A program made the translations under genes and the position numbers. Shown one piece after another: positions 19,747 through 33,756 of a stretch of DNA of 64,000 nucleotides; the stretch's first letter is position 1; every line of letters begins with the position of its first letter. The DNA comes from Candidatus Rokuibacteriota bacterium (GTDB taxonomy: Bacteria; Methylomirabilota; Methylomirabilia; Rokubacteriales; CSP1-6). The notes below the pieces were generated by a model. It made no database searches and was not told the origin of the DNA. It worked only from the letters and a program-made list of their open reading frames with translations. Location: NCBI GenBank assembly GCA_016866775.1, contig VGLJ01000006.1:50315-114314 (forward strand), written 5' to 3'.

Positions 19747-21053
19747 TGCGCCGCGGCGGCATCCTGATCGTCGCGACGCTCGTCGCGCTGGTCGCGCCCG
19801 CCCTGGCCCAACCCCCGACCGCCGAGAGGCCGACGTATCAGGCCGGAGACCGCTGGACCATCGGCGGTCTCGCGTACGAGCTCACGGGGGTCGATCGGCA
19901 CGGCTACGTGTTCACTGCGGCCGACGGCGACGCGCTCCACCTCAGCCGGGACCTCACGGTCACGAAAGTCGTTCAGCAGAGGGCGAGTCGATCGTCATCC
20001 TCGGGCTCGTCACGGACGATACGACCGTCGATCGCGTGCAGATCACCGTGAACGGCTTCGAGGTCGCGCGGCCCCGCGATCTGGCGGTCGTCGGCCGCGG
20101 CGTGCCCATCCGCGTGCCGGCGCCGCTGCAGCCGGGCGCCAACGTCATCGAGATCACGGCGTCCGACAAGGCGGGGAACCTCGCGCAGGTCGTGCGCACG
20201 GTGACGCGCGCGGTGCCCGTCGCGGCCACGCCCGCCGCGCCGCCCGAGCCGAAGATCTCGAATCGGTGGGCCGTCGTCGTGGGCGTGGGCGAGTACGAGA
20301 ACCGGGCGATTCCGCGCCTCCGCTTCGCCGCGAAAGACGCGGAGGCGATGCACCAGTTCCTCACGACGCGCGGGGGGGTATCCCAAGGACAACGTGCTGC
20401 TGCTGACGGATACGACCGCGCAGAAGCCGACGCTGCTCAACATCAAGCGCGCGCTCGGCGACTTCCTCGCCCGGCGTGCCGGCCGCGACGACATGGTGCT
20501 GATCTACTTCGCGGGCCACGGCGCGCCGGAGGTCGACGCGGCGGGCAACGAGGCCGACGGCCTGTCGAAGTACCTCATCCCGCGCGACGGCGATCCCGAG
20601 TCGCTCTACACCACCGCGCTGCCGATGGACGAGATCCAGCGGATCTTCGCGCGGGTGTCCGCGGAGCGGATCGTCATGCTGCTCGACACCTGCTACAGCG
20701 GCACCGCGGGCGGCCGCACGTTCTCGCGGGCGTCCACGCGCGCGAGCGGGCTGAACGACCAGTTTCTTGAGCGCCTCACGCGGAGCCGCGGGCGCGTGAT
20801 CATGACGGCGAGCGGCCCCAACGAGGTCGCGCTCGAGCTGCCGAACCTCGGCCACGGCATCTTCACCTACTACGTCCTCGAAGGGCTGAAGGGCAAAGCG
20901 GACCGCAACAACGACGGCATGGTCACGGTGTCCGAGCTCTACGAGTACGTCGAGGACCAGGTCGATCGCACCGCGCGCCGCGAGGGCGGCCGCCAGCGTC
21001 CGCTCATGAAGGGCGAGATCGAGGGGACGCTCCCGCTCGCGAAGACCCGCTAG
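19746..21053 (+). CDS. Secreted caspase-family (peptidase C14) protein with an N-terminal beta-rich domain. It is read through two apparent homopolymer indels.
   Basis: Signal peptide [22 protein letters not shown]. The caspase His-Gly dyad is YFAGHG and the catalytic Cys is in DTCYSGTAG. Frames switch 0 to 2 near 19975 and 2 to 0 at the G7 run at 20372-20378 (HQFLTTRGG|YPKDNVLLLTD). Confidence 0.75.
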
Positions 21054-21250
21054 AACAGTCGGAGGGGGGCGAAGCGGCTTCGCCACCTTTGCCCAACAGG
21101 AACGAAGCGAAGCGGTGTAAGCCACGACGCGGACTCAGTGTCGGCGACCGAGGGTGCCTGACCGCTTCACGTCTTGCGACTCCTCCGTCTCCACTTCCGT
21201 CGCAAACGTATGTTGTTGCCCCCAGAAGTGGGACGAGTTCCTTCTCCGAG

Positions 21251-21712
21251 TCAGATTCCCTTGTCGGAGCGCCAGGCGCGGATCTGGTCGCCGTGCTCCT
21301 TATAGTGGTGGGCGCTGTTGCCGTCGACGATCTTCCACGCGGTCTTGCCCTCGACGAAGCGGTCGTCGGGGACGCTCGCGGCCGCGTGCATGAACGTCTC
21401 GTGCGTCTTGTCGAGGTCGAGCAGCACGTCGGCGGCCGCGTCGTGGCGGCGCGCGGTCGCGAACGTGTCGTTCCACGCGTCCACGTCGTCGTAGCTCACG
21501 CCCGGCGGCACCGGGCGCTCGCCGCGCGCGAGCCGCTCGAGGGCCGGCGTCATCTCGCGGTGCCAGCCGCTGATGTGCGCCACGATGTCGCGCACCGACC
21601 ACGTGCCGAGCCAGACCTCCGTCATGTGCTCCTCGTTCAGGCCCTGGAGGGCTTCGTGGAACGCCTTGTACTCGCGCGCGGCTGCGTTCAGCAGGTCCTG
21701 CTTCGTGCTCAC
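21251..21712 (-). CDS. ClbS/DfsB family four-helix-bundle protein (DUF1706)
   Basis: ...EVWLGTWSVRDIVAHISGWHREM...WKIVDGNSAHHYKEHGDQIRAWR. GTG start overlaps the upstream GNAT stop. Confidence 0.7.
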   Translation of the reverse strand: MSTKQDLLNAAAREYKAFHEALQGLNEEHMTEVWLGTWSVRDIVAHISGWHREMTPALERLARGERPVPPGVSYDDVDAWNDTFATARRHDAAADVLLDLDKTHETFMHAAASVPDDRFVEGKTAWKIVDGNSAHHYKEHGDQIRAWRSDKGI

Positions 21713-22149
21713 GGCGCTCTCCTTCGCTGCGGCCGAAGTCGTTTGTAGAACACGAGCTCGCGGTAGCCCTGGGGCAGGTTGTCGATCTGCCCCGACGGCA
21801 CGAACCCGAGCGCGCTGTGCATCTGGATCGAGATCCCGTTCGTCTCTTCCGTGGACGAGAACAGCCGCGGGCTCGGCGAGATCTCCTCCACGCGCTGGTA
21901 GAGCGCCCGCGCGACGCCCTTGCGGCGCTCGTCCTTCGTCACCGAGACGAGCGACACGAACGTGCATTGAAACCAGTCCGTCCGATAGGCGAGGAGCCCC
22001 ACGACCGCGTCGTCCTTCTCCGCGACGAGCACGTGGTGGCGCTCGAGGTGCGAGCGGATGAACGGTCCCGCGCGCTCGGGCCCGATCACGTCGGCGGCGA
22101 GCTCCATCAACGCGCTGACGTCGCCGGACTCCGGCGCGCGGATGTCCAT
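21709..22149 (-). CDS. GNAT family N-acetyltransferase
   Basis: 146 aa: ...HVLVAEKDDAVVGLLAY...VSVTKDERRKGVARALYQRVEE... Confidence 0.75.
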   Translation of the reverse strand: MDIRAPESGDVSALMELAADVIGPERAGPFIRSHLERHHVLVAEKDDAVVGLLAYRTDWFQCTFVSLVSVTKDERRKGVARALYQRVEEISPSPRLFSSTEETNGISIQMHSALGFVPSGQIDNLPQGYRELVFYKRLRPQRRRAP

Positions 22150-22180
22150 GGGGTCCAGTCTACCGCCGGGCCACAGCCCG

Positions 22181-23013
22181 TCAGCCTTTGAGGTGCGCGC
22201 GGATCGCGTCGAGCGCGAGCGCGTTGTCGCCGAGCAGGACCGTGTAGTGATTCGTGCGCGGCACGACGACGAGGCGGCAGTCGGGGATCGCGTGCGCCAT
22301 CGCCTCGGCTTCGTCCTGGGTCATCAGGCAGTCGTCGTCGCGCAGGAGCCCGCCGGGCGCGCGCAGCAGGAGCGTCGGCACGCGGACGCGGTGATGCCAG
22401 ATCCAGAGACGCGTGCGCTGCAGGGCGGCCACGTCCTCCTCCACGGCGTGCTTCGCCACTTTCGAGCGTACGCCGCCACCCGGGCTCGGCTCGACGTCGT
22501 ACGTGAAGTAGCGCGTGAGGTGCTCGTTCCAGCGGCCGGTGAAGAACGGCAGGCCCTTCATCAGGCGAGAAACGCGTCGAGCGACGGAAACTCGACCCCC
22601 AGGCGCCCGATGCTCGGCCCGAGAGCGTCGAGGATCTCCGCCCGCACGTCGATGCCACCGTCGAAGAGGACGAGCCTCGAGACGCGCTCCGGATGGTGCG
22701 CGGCGAGGTGCACGGCGATGTGCGCGCCGAGCGAGTGGCCCATGATGACCGGCTGCTCGAGCCCGAAGCGGTCGAGAAGCCCGAGGAGATCGCGGGTGTG
22801 CGCGGCGAGGTTGTAGTCGACGGCGGGCTTGTCGCTCTCGCCGCGGCCGCGCAGGTCGTAGGCGATGAACCGGGACCCGGGCGCGAGCGCATCGGCCACC
22901 GGATACCAGCACGTGTGGTTCGCGGTGAGCCCGTGGACGCCGACGATCGTCGGCTCGCCGCCCGGCCAGACGCGGACGGCGAGCCCGACCTCCCCGGCGC
23001 TGATGCGGTCCAC
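22181..23013 (-). CDS. Alpha/beta hydrolase (one apparent 1-nt indel near 22565)
   Basis: N-terminus IVGVHGLTANHTCW...IMGHSLGAHIAVHLAAHHPERV (GHSLG nucleophile elbow) from ORF 22561..23013. The C-terminus continues in ORF 22181..22912 as MKGLPFFTGRWNEH... Confidence 0.75.
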
Positions 23014-23017
23014 GGGG

Positions 23018-23713
23018 CTAGTACGTCCCCGGACGGATCTTGGTGTAGAGGTCCTTCAGCTTCTGCGCCGTGAACCCGGCGGACCGGCAGACGCCGATGA
23101 TCTGCCGCTCGTCCGCCTCGATCTTCGCGACGGCCTCCGGGATCTTTTCCGCGATCTCGTGCGGGATCGTCGTGGCGCCGTGCTGGTCCGCGTGGACGAG
23201 GTCGCCCGGCTTGATCCAGAGGCCGCCGACCTTCACCGGGATCCCGAAGTCGACCATGTGGACCCACGCGTGCGAGACGGAGACGTGCGCGGCGGCGAAC
23301 TGGAAGCCGAGCCCCTTCACCTCGTCCAGGTCGCGCACCGAGCCGTCGGTGAGCACGCCGACGCAGCCGAGCGCCTTGTGGATGTTCGCCTGCACCTCGC
23401 CCCACTGGGCACCCTGGCCGCGCGGATCGTCGAGGTCGTGGACGACGATCACGCGCGGCGCGGGGATCGTCTGCACGTAGTCCCACCAGCCGTACGTCGA
23501 CGCGCGATGGTCCTTGATCGGCTCGTGCTCCGCGCGGATGAGGCACGGCACCGCGTAGCCGACCATCGGGCCGAGCTCGGGGAACAGGCAGCGGATGTCC
23601 GACGAGACGTTGCCGACCTGCCGCCCGCGGACCTTGAACGTCTCGATCGCGTTGGCGACGCTGGGACTGGTGATCTTCTTCAACGCTTCGATCACGAGAG
23701 CCTCCTTGGACAT
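23018..23713 (-). CDS. RraA family protein (RraA / 4-hydroxy-4-methyl-2-oxoglutarate aldolase-like)
   Basis: MSKEALVIEALKKITSPSVANAIETFKVRG...GDLVHADQHGATTIP. Alternative upstream ATG at 23758. Confidence 0.75.
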   Translation of the reverse strand: MSKEALVIEALKKITSPSVANAIETFKVRGRQVGNVSSDIRCLFPELGPMVGYAVPCLIRAEHEPIKDHRASTYGWWDYVQTIPAPRVIVVHDLDDPRGQGAQWGEVQANIHKALGCVGVLTDGSVRDLDEVKGLGFQFAAAHVSVSHAWVHMVDFGIPVKVGGLWIKPGDLVHADQHGATTIPHEIAEKIPEAVAKIEADERQIIGVCRSAGFTAQKLKDLYTKIRPGTY

Positions 23714-23789
23714 GGGGCCCGCCTTTGGACATGGGGCCGCGCAACTGGCGGACCCCAAACCCCTCTGGAAGACCCCAAGCCCCTCTGAC
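23706..23789 (+). repeat. Two different short tandem duplications (ttggacatggggcc x2, then gaccccaa(a/g)cccctctg x2) spanning the RraA-like start region
   Basis: ccTTGGACATGGGGCCcgcctTTGGACATGGGGCCgcgcaactggcgGACCCCAAACCCCTCTGgaaGACCCCAAGCCCCTCTGactc. The first repeat duplicates the ATG-TCC-AA(A/G) start context on the minus strand. Confidence 0.5.
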
Positions 23790-24427
23790 TCAGATGGCGT
23801 TCTTGCGTTGCCGGAGGAGCAGCTGCTTCAGGTTCTCGACCGTGCTGCGCACGCCCTCCATGTTCGGGTTCACGGCGAGCGCCCGCTCGAAGTAGTCGAG
23901 CGCGCGCGCCGGCTGGTCGAGCTGGATGTAGATCATGCCGTAGCCGCTGAGCGCGCCGTAGTGCAGGGGATTGCGCTTGATCACCTCGTCGCAATCCGCG
24001 AGCGACTTCCGGTACTCGCCCATCAGGTAATAGGCGGTCGCGCGCTTGTTCCAGCCCTCGGCGAAGTCCGGATCGCGCTCGATGATCTTCGTGAACGCGG
24101 CGACGGCGTCGGGCCACCGCCCTTCCGTCAGCGCGTGGGTGCCGGTCTCGAACAGGCGCGCGATGTCCTGGTTGCCCGAGCGGCTCCAGATCTCCCAGAG
24201 CGCGCGGTCGGCGAGCACGCGCACGCCGTAGTCGGGGTCGCGCAGCGCCGTCACGAGCCGCGGGACGTCCGCCATCGTCCCGGCGTCCGCGAGCATGCGA
24301 ACGGCGCGGCGGCGGCCTTCGGCATCGTCGCGATCTTCGAGCATCTGCAGCACGTCGTCGCGGGGCGCCGCGCCCGCGGCCGACACGAGCGCGAGCCACG
24401 CCAGGCACACGATCCATCCCCACCGCC

Positions 24428-24431
<4 letters not shown>
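23790..24431 (-). CDS. Secreted TPR/HEAT-repeat protein
   Basis: VRRWGWIVCLAWLALVSAAGAAP signal peptide. It has a PBS-lyase/HEAT-like DPDYGVRVLADRALWEI and TPR repeats (AYYLMGEYRKSLADCDEVIKRNP). GTGA overlap with the Kelch gene stop. Confidence 0.7.
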
Positions 24432-28670
<4,239 letters not shown>

Positions 28671-28674
28671 CGCG

Positions 28675-29259
28675 TCAGTCGATCACGCGGTCCGCGCGCA
28701 GCAGCACCGCATGCGGCATCGCGAGGCCGAGCGTCCTGGCGGTCTTGAGGTTGATCACCCGCTCGAACGTGCTGGGCTGCTCGATGGGCAGCTCGGCGGG
28801 TCTGGCGCCTTTCAGGATCTTGTCCACGTAGGCGGCGGCGCCGCGGAACATCCCCGGGAGACTCGGCCCGTACGTCGCGAGACCGCCCGCCTCCGCGAAC
28901 CCGCTCAGCTCGTACACCGCCGGCACGCGATGCTTGATCGCCGCGCTCGCGAGCGGCGCGCGATGGGCCGTGAGGACGGGATCACCGAACGCGAGCAGCG
29001 CGCCGGCACGCGCCCCGGCCGCCGCCTGCAGGACGCGGTCGAAGTCGTCGGGACCTCGAGCCTCGAGGGGCTGGAGCGCGACCCCGATCCGCCCCTGCCG
29101 AAACGCTTCGACCGTCGGCGCGGATTGCGCGGGCGATCCCGTCGACAGCACGGCGACGACGGGGAGCTTCTTCGCCGGCTGGGCCTCGGCCGACGACGTG
29201 ATGACGACGAGCAGGATCAGGCAGAGGCCGAAGCGCGTCGTCGTCTGCCTGCGCGTCAA
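28675..29259 (-). CDS. Short ABC_sub_bind (PF04392)-like periplasmic binding protein, apparently N-terminally truncated (about 194 aa)
   Basis: Probable TTG start in a TTGA overlap with the ccmI stop. Signal peptide RFGLCLILLVVITSSAEAQP. The C-terminus PAELPIEQPSTFERVINLKTARTLGLAMPHAVLLRADRVID is typical of this family. Confidence 0.55.
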   Translation of the reverse strand: MTRRQTTTRFGLCLILLVVITSSAEAQPAKKLPVVAVLSTGSPAQSAPTVEAFRQGRIGVALQPLEARGPDDFDRVLQAAAGARAGALLAFGDPVLTAHRAPLASAAIKHRVPAVYELSGFAEAGGLATYGPSLPGMFRGAAAYVDKILKGARPAELPIEQPSTFERVINLKTARTLGLAMPHAVLLRADRVID

Positions 29260-30224
29260 CGCGTCTGCGGAGGGACGCCCGACTTCGCCTGCGCGATCAG
29301 CTTCACGACGCGGTCGCGGTCCTCGCCCGGCGGGGCCACCGCGATGAACTTCTCCCACGACGCGATCGCGCCCTTGGCGTCCTTCTTCTCCTCGAAGAGG
29401 ACGTGGCCGCGGTAGAAGAGCGCCGGCGGATAGTTCGGGTCGAGCCCGAGCGCGCGATCGAAGAGCTGGATGCCGTGGTCGACGAGCCGCGTGCGTTCGG
29501 CGCCGTCCGCCGTCATCACGAGCAGCAGCCCGAGGTGCGTCAGCGCGTCCACGTTCTTCGGATCGCGCTTGAGGATGGCCTGGTACGCCATCGACGCTTC
29601 CTGCATGCGGCCCGCGAAGAGGCTCTGCCGCGCAGCGCTGAGCATCCCTTGCAGCATGCCGGGATCGAGTGGACCTCTCCCGCCTCCGGCGCCGGGGGGG
29701 CCCGGCGGCGCGCCCGGGCCCGCGGGCGCATCCAGCGACGCCAGCGGGCGTGAGCCGGGCATCGGCTGGTTCGCGGTCTGATCGGGCTCCGTGTAGCGCA
29801 CGATGCCGACGCCGATGCCGATGCCGAACACGAGCAGCGCGACCGCGCCGGCGCCGAGCGCGAGGGGATGGCGCCACGCCGCGGGACGCGCCGCGGTGAC
29901 GGCCTCGGGCGCGGGGCGACGGGGAGCGCGCGGTGCCGGCTCGACGCCGATGCGGTCGAGCTCGGTGAGCACGGCCGCCGTCTCCGCCTCGTAGCGCGCG
30001 CGCAGCTCGGCGTAGTCGTCGTCGGACACGTGACCGGCGTCGTGCTCGAAGTCGAGCTCGCGGAGCGCACGGAGCGCGGCACTGCGGCGCTCGAGCAGCG
30101 GCTCGCGCGGATCGGGAGGCAGCGGCAGCAGCACCGGCGCGCCGTGGCGGCGCAGGAGCGGCCACGCCACGAACAGCGCGAGCGGGATCGCGATCGCCGC
30201 GGCGGCGATCAGCACCCCGGTCAT
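29256..30224 (-). CDS. ccmI: Cytochrome c-type biogenesis protein CcmI/CycH-like (TM plus TPR)
   Basis: MTGVLIAAAAIAIPLALFVAWPLLRR...LRELDFEHDAGHVSDDDYAELRARYE... with C-terminal TPR repeats. Internal start of ORF 29256..30440. Confidence 0.7.
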   Translation of the reverse strand: MTGVLIAAAAIAIPLALFVAWPLLRRHGAPVLLPLPPDPREPLLERRSAALRALRELDFEHDAGHVSDDDYAELRARYEAETAAVLTELDRIGVEPAPRAPRRPAPEAVTAARPAAWRHPLALGAGAVALLVFGIGIGVGIVRYTEPDQTANQPMPGSRPLASLDAPAGPGAPPGPPGAGGGRGPLDPGMLQGMLSAARQSLFAGRMQEASMAYQAILKRDPKNVDALTHLGLLLVMTADGAERTRLVDHGIQLFDRALGLDPNYPPALFYRGHVLFEEKKDAKGAIASWEKFIAVAPPGEDRDRVVKLIAQAKSGVPPQTR

Positions 30225-30697
30225 CGCTCGCCCTCCAGCTCGAGCTCTTTGCGGATGCGCTCGCGCATCGCGGGGTCGATCGCCGGCCGGGTCGCGGCGG
30301 CCGCGACGCGCTCGCGACGGCGCGCCGTCCACCGGCGCACGACGATGGCGAAGATCACCAGCCCGAGCGCGACGGCAATGAGCGGGGCGCCCCAGACGAG
30401 CCAGTTGAATCCCTGCTTGCGCGGCGAGAGCAGGATCCACTCGCCGTACTTGTCGACGAAGAACTGGAGCACCTGCTCGGAACTGTCGCCCGCTCGGAGC
30501 CGCTCGCGCACCATCGCACGCATCTGCTGCGCCATCTCGGACGGCGAGTCGGCGACGGAGAGGTTCTGGCAGACGACGCAGCGGAGCTGCGACGCGACCT
30601 CGTAGAGCCGCGGGTCTTCCACGTTCGTGGCCGGCGGCTGCGCGAGCGCCGGCGTCGCCGCGAGGAGGACGGTGAGGAGGAACGCGAGGCGCGTCAT
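30221..30697 (-). CDS. ccmH: Cytochrome c-type biogenesis protein CcmH/CycL
   Basis: Signal peptide plus the LRCVVCQNLSVADS motif and a C-terminal TM. 158 aa. Confidence 0.8.
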   Translation of the reverse strand: MTRLAFLLTVLLAATPALAQPPATNVEDPRLYEVASQLRCVVCQNLSVADSPSEMAQQMRAMVRERLRAGDSSEQVLQFFVDKYGEWILLSPRKQGFNWLVWGAPLIAVALGLVIFAIVVRRWTARRRERVAAAATRPAIDPAMRERIRKELELEGER

Positions 30698-31227
30698 TTC
30701 GCTTCGGCCAGCAGGCGGTCGACTTCGCGCTGGAACACGGCGTCGGTCACCGCGCCCACGTGCTTGGCGCGAATGCGCCCGCGCGCGTCGATGAAGAAGG
30801 TCTCCGGCACGCCGTACACGCCGTAGTCGATCGACACCTTGCCCGTCGGGTCCAGCGCGTTGGGGAACGTCAGCGAGAACTGCTCGATGAACTTGCGTCC
30901 CGCGTCCGGCTTGTCCTGGATGTCGACCCCGAGCACCATCACGCCGCGGTCGCGGTACGCGCGCCAGTTGCGCTCGAGCACCGGCGCTTCTTCGTAGCAC
31001 GCGGGGATGCACCACGAGGCCCAGAAGTTCACCACGACGACACGGCCGCGATGGGCTTCGAGGCTCATCGGCTCGCCCGCGTAGCTCGTCAGCGTGAACG
31101 CGGTCGCGGGCCGACCCACGAGCGGCGAGGGGATGTCGCGGTGGTTGACGCGGAAGCCGTACGCGAGCAGCGCCAGGACAGGCAGCGCCGCCACGGGGAG
31201 GAGCCAGCGCAGGGACCGCCGCTTCAC
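30694..31227 (-). CDS. ccmG: Thiol:disulfide interchange protein CcmG/DsbE
   Basis: VVVNFWASWCIPACYEEAP thioredoxin-fold WCxxC. GTG start. Confidence 0.85.
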   Translation of the reverse strand: MKRRSLRWLLPVAALPVLALLAYGFRVNHRDIPSPLVGRPATAFTLTSYAGEPMSLEAHRGRVVVVNFWASWCIPACYEEAPVLERNWRAYRDRGVMVLGVDIQDKPDAGRKFIEQFSLTFPNALDPTGKVSIDYGVYGVPETFFIDARGRIRAKHVGAVTDAVFQREVDRLLAEAK

Positions 31228-33170
31228 GCGGGTTTCTTCCGGTCCGGGAGGATCGCGAGGAGCGTCCCGAGGGTCAGCACGACGCCGCCGATCCAGATCC
31301 ACGACACCATGCGGTTGACCTGCACCTTGACGGTCGCCTGCGATCCGTCGCGCTCGAAGTCGCCGAGGACGAGATAGAGGTCCTCGACCCAGCCGAGCCG
31401 ATAGTCGACGTGGGCGATGGGCGACTGCTCCTGCGGATAGAACTTCTTCGCCGGGCGCATCTCGCGCGGGGCGATGTTGCCGTTCGTGACCTTGAACGTG
31501 CTCTCCACGAGGAAGTGGTTGCCGGCATCGCGCGCCGCCAGCCCGGCGAACTGGAACGTGTAGCCGGCGAGCTCGACGGCTTCCCCCTTCTTCAGCGTCG
31601 CTTCGCGATGGAGCGACCACGCCTGCGAGCCCGTCACGCCCACGGCGATCACGAGGATGCCGAGGTGGATCGCGAAGCCGCCGTAGCGGCGGTTGTGACG
31701 CACGAGGAGGCCGCCCATCGCCGGCAGCAGACCTTCGCCCATCCGCAGGCGCGCGCGCGTCGCGCGCACGAAGTCGACCGCGACCGTGGCGGTCACGAAG
31801 ACCGTCAGCGCCAGCGTGAGCACGGCGAGCGTCGAGCGGACGCCGGCCGCGAAGATGATCGCGGCCGAGACGATCCCGATGGCGATCGGCCACAGGAAGT
31901 TCCGGCGCAGGTTGTCACGCGAGGCGCGGCGCCACGCGATCAGCGGGCCGACACCCATCAGGAAGAGCAGGCCCAGGAAGAGCGGCACGGTGACCTGGTT
32001 GAAGAACGGCGCGCCCACGCTCACCTTCACGCCGCGCACGGCCTCGGACAGGAGCGGGAAGACGGTGCCGAAGAACACCGTGAACGTGGCCGCGACGAGC
32101 AGCACGTTGTTCAGGAGGAACGCCGACTCGCGCGAGACGACCGAGTCGAGCTCGCCCTCGGCGGCCAGCGCCTCCCACCGCCACGCGAGCAGCGCGAGCG
32201 AGACGAGCACGACGAGCGACAGGAAGCTCAGGAAGAAGACGCCGATCGCGCCCTGCGTGAACGCGTGCACGGACGCGATGACGCCGGAGCGGGTGAGGAA
32301 CGTGCCGAACAGCGTGAGCGCGAACGTCATGATCACGAGACCGATGTTCCAGAGCTTCAGCATCCGCCGCCGCTCCTGGATCATCACCGAGTGCAGGAAC
32401 GCGGTGCCCGTGAGCCACGGCATGAACGCGGCGTTCTCGACGGGGTCCCACGCCCAGTAGCCGCCCCAGCCGAGCACGTGATAGCTCCACCAGCCGCCGA
32501 TCAGGAGGCCGAGCGAGAGGAAGTACCAGGCGACGATCGTCCAGCGGCGCGTGAGGGTGATCCAGCGGTCGCCGACGCGGCCCGTCGCCAGCGCGCCCAC
32601 CGCGAACGCGAACGGCACGGTGAAGCCCGTGAAGCCGAGGTAGAGCGCCACGGGATGCGTGATCATCCCGGTGTCCTCGAGCAGCGGGTTGAGCCCGCGG
32701 CCGTTGGCGGGAATCGGCGTCATGCGCTCGAACGGCGGCGCCGGCACCGCCATCACGATGAGGAAGAACGCGGCCACGCCGAGCATCGTCGTCAGCACCC
32801 AGGGATAGAGCTCGCGCGCGTTGTGGCGGTGGCGCAGGATCACGATGAGCGTGTAGAGCGCGACCATCCACGCCCAGAGGATCAGCGAGCCCTCGAGCGC
32901 GCCCCAGAGCGCCGTGATCCGGAAGTAGTACGGCGTCTGGAGGTTGGTGTTCATCGCCACGTAGCGGACGGAGAAGTCGAACGTCAGGAACGAGTAGATG
33001 AGGAGGAGCATCGCGAACGTGACGAGGCCGAACACGCCGAGGGCCGCGTGCTGTGCCGACTCCAGCAGCGCCGTGCGCCCCGTGCGCCCGCCGATCGCGG
33101 AGACGAGGGCGCCGTAGATCGCGAGCAGCCCCGCGACGATGATCGCGCCGTGGCCGAGCTCGGGCGTCAC
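31224..33170 (-). CDS. ccmF: Cytochrome c heme lyase subunit CcmF
   Basis: VTPELGHGAIIVAGLLAIYG... multi-TM with WGGYWAWDPVENAAFMPWL. 648 aa from the internal GTG of ORF 31224..33299. Confidence 0.9.
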   Translation of the reverse strand: MTPELGHGAIIVAGLLAIYGALVSAIGGRTGRTALLESAQHAALGVFGLVTFAMLLLIYSFLTFDFSVRYVAMNTNLQTPYYFRITALWGALEGSLILWAWMVALYTLIVILRHRHNARELYPWVLTTMLGVAAFFLIVMAVPAPPFERMTPIPANGRGLNPLLEDTGMITHPVALYLGFTGFTVPFAFAVGALATGRVGDRWITLTRRWTIVAWYFLSLGLLIGGWWSYHVLGWGGYWAWDPVENAAFMPWLTGTAFLHSVMIQERRRMLKLWNIGLVIMTFALTLFGTFLTRSGVIASVHAFTQGAIGVFFLSFLSLVVLVSLALLAWRWEALAAEGELDSVVSRESAFLLNNVLLVAATFTVFFGTVFPLLSEAVRGVKVSVGAPFFNQVTVPLFLGLLFLMGVGPLIAWRRASRDNLRRNFLWPIAIGIVSAAIIFAAGVRSTLAVLTLALTVFVTATVAVDFVRATRARLRMGEGLLPAMGGLLVRHNRRYGGFAIHLGILVIAVGVTGSQAWSLHREATLKKGEAVELAGYTFQFAGLAARDAGNHFLVESTFKVTNGNIAPREMRPAKKFYPQEQSPIAHVDYRLGWVEDLYLVLGDFERDGSQATVKVQVNRMVSWIWIGGVVLTLGTLLAILPDRKKPA

Positions 33171-33616
33171 TTCTGGTCGCTCCGCAGGGACTTCATGAGC
33201 TCCTGGTACCCCGGGCTCGCGGCGTCGTGCGGCGCCTTGTACTCCTCGGAATGCTTCGCCATGATGAGCGTCGCCTGGAAGTAGCCTTCGGACATCCACG
33301 TGCCCTCGACGACGGCGCCGCGGCCTTCACCGAAGAGATCCGGGGCGGTGCCGTGGTGACGAACGGGGACCTTCGCCTGGCCGTCGGACAGCGTGAACCT
33401 GAGATCGAGCGTGGCGGGCTTCCAGTTCACGCTGCCCTTCTCCACCATGCCGCCCAGGCGGTAGGCCTTGCCGGTCTTCGCGGCCGTGTGCAGCTCCGAC
33501 GGCGTGACGAAGTAGACCGCCGACTGCGTCACGCCGGCGTAGATCATGTACGCGAGGGCGAGGGCCAGCACGGCGATCCCCGCCACGAACTTCGGCTTGA
33601 GCGGGAGCCCTTTCAT
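33167..33616 (-). CDS. ccmE: Heme chaperone CcmE
   Basis: MKGLPLKPKFVAGIAVLALALAYM...FRLGGMVEKGSV...HDAASPGYQ. 149 aa. Confidence 0.9.
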   Translation of the reverse strand: MKGLPLKPKFVAGIAVLALALAYMIYAGVTQSAVYFVTPSELHTAAKTGKAYRLGGMVEKGSVNWKPATLDLRFTLSDGQAKVPVRHHGTAPDLFGEGRGAVVEGTWMSEGYFQATLIMAKHSEEYKAPHDAASPGYQELMKSLRSDQK

Positions 33617-33756
33617 CGTCCGGCGCTCCGTCTACGCCGCAGCGTCGGCGTCTTCAAGGTGCGTTCGAGATGCACGAGCCGGCGCCAGTACCCGCCGAGC
33701 GCGAGCACGGCGACGGCGTAGGCGGCGGCGACGAAACCCCAGTGGTCGGATGTCAC
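33613..33756 (-). CDS. ccmD: Heme exporter protein CcmD (small single-TM)
   Basis: VTSDHWGFVAAAYAVAVLALGGYWRRLVHLERTLK. 47 aa. GTGA and ATGA overlaps on both sides. Not in the ORF track as a separate ORF. Confidence 0.55.
   Translation of the reverse strand: MTSDHWGFVAAAYAVAVLALGGYWRRLVHLERTLKTPTLRRRRSAGR

Noticed and set aside
22107-23744. 545-aa minus-strand ORF overlapping the alpha/beta hydrolase and RraA-like genes
   Set aside because: Alternative-frame artefact beginning at the duplicated ATG upstream of the RraA-like gene. It has no recognisable domains.
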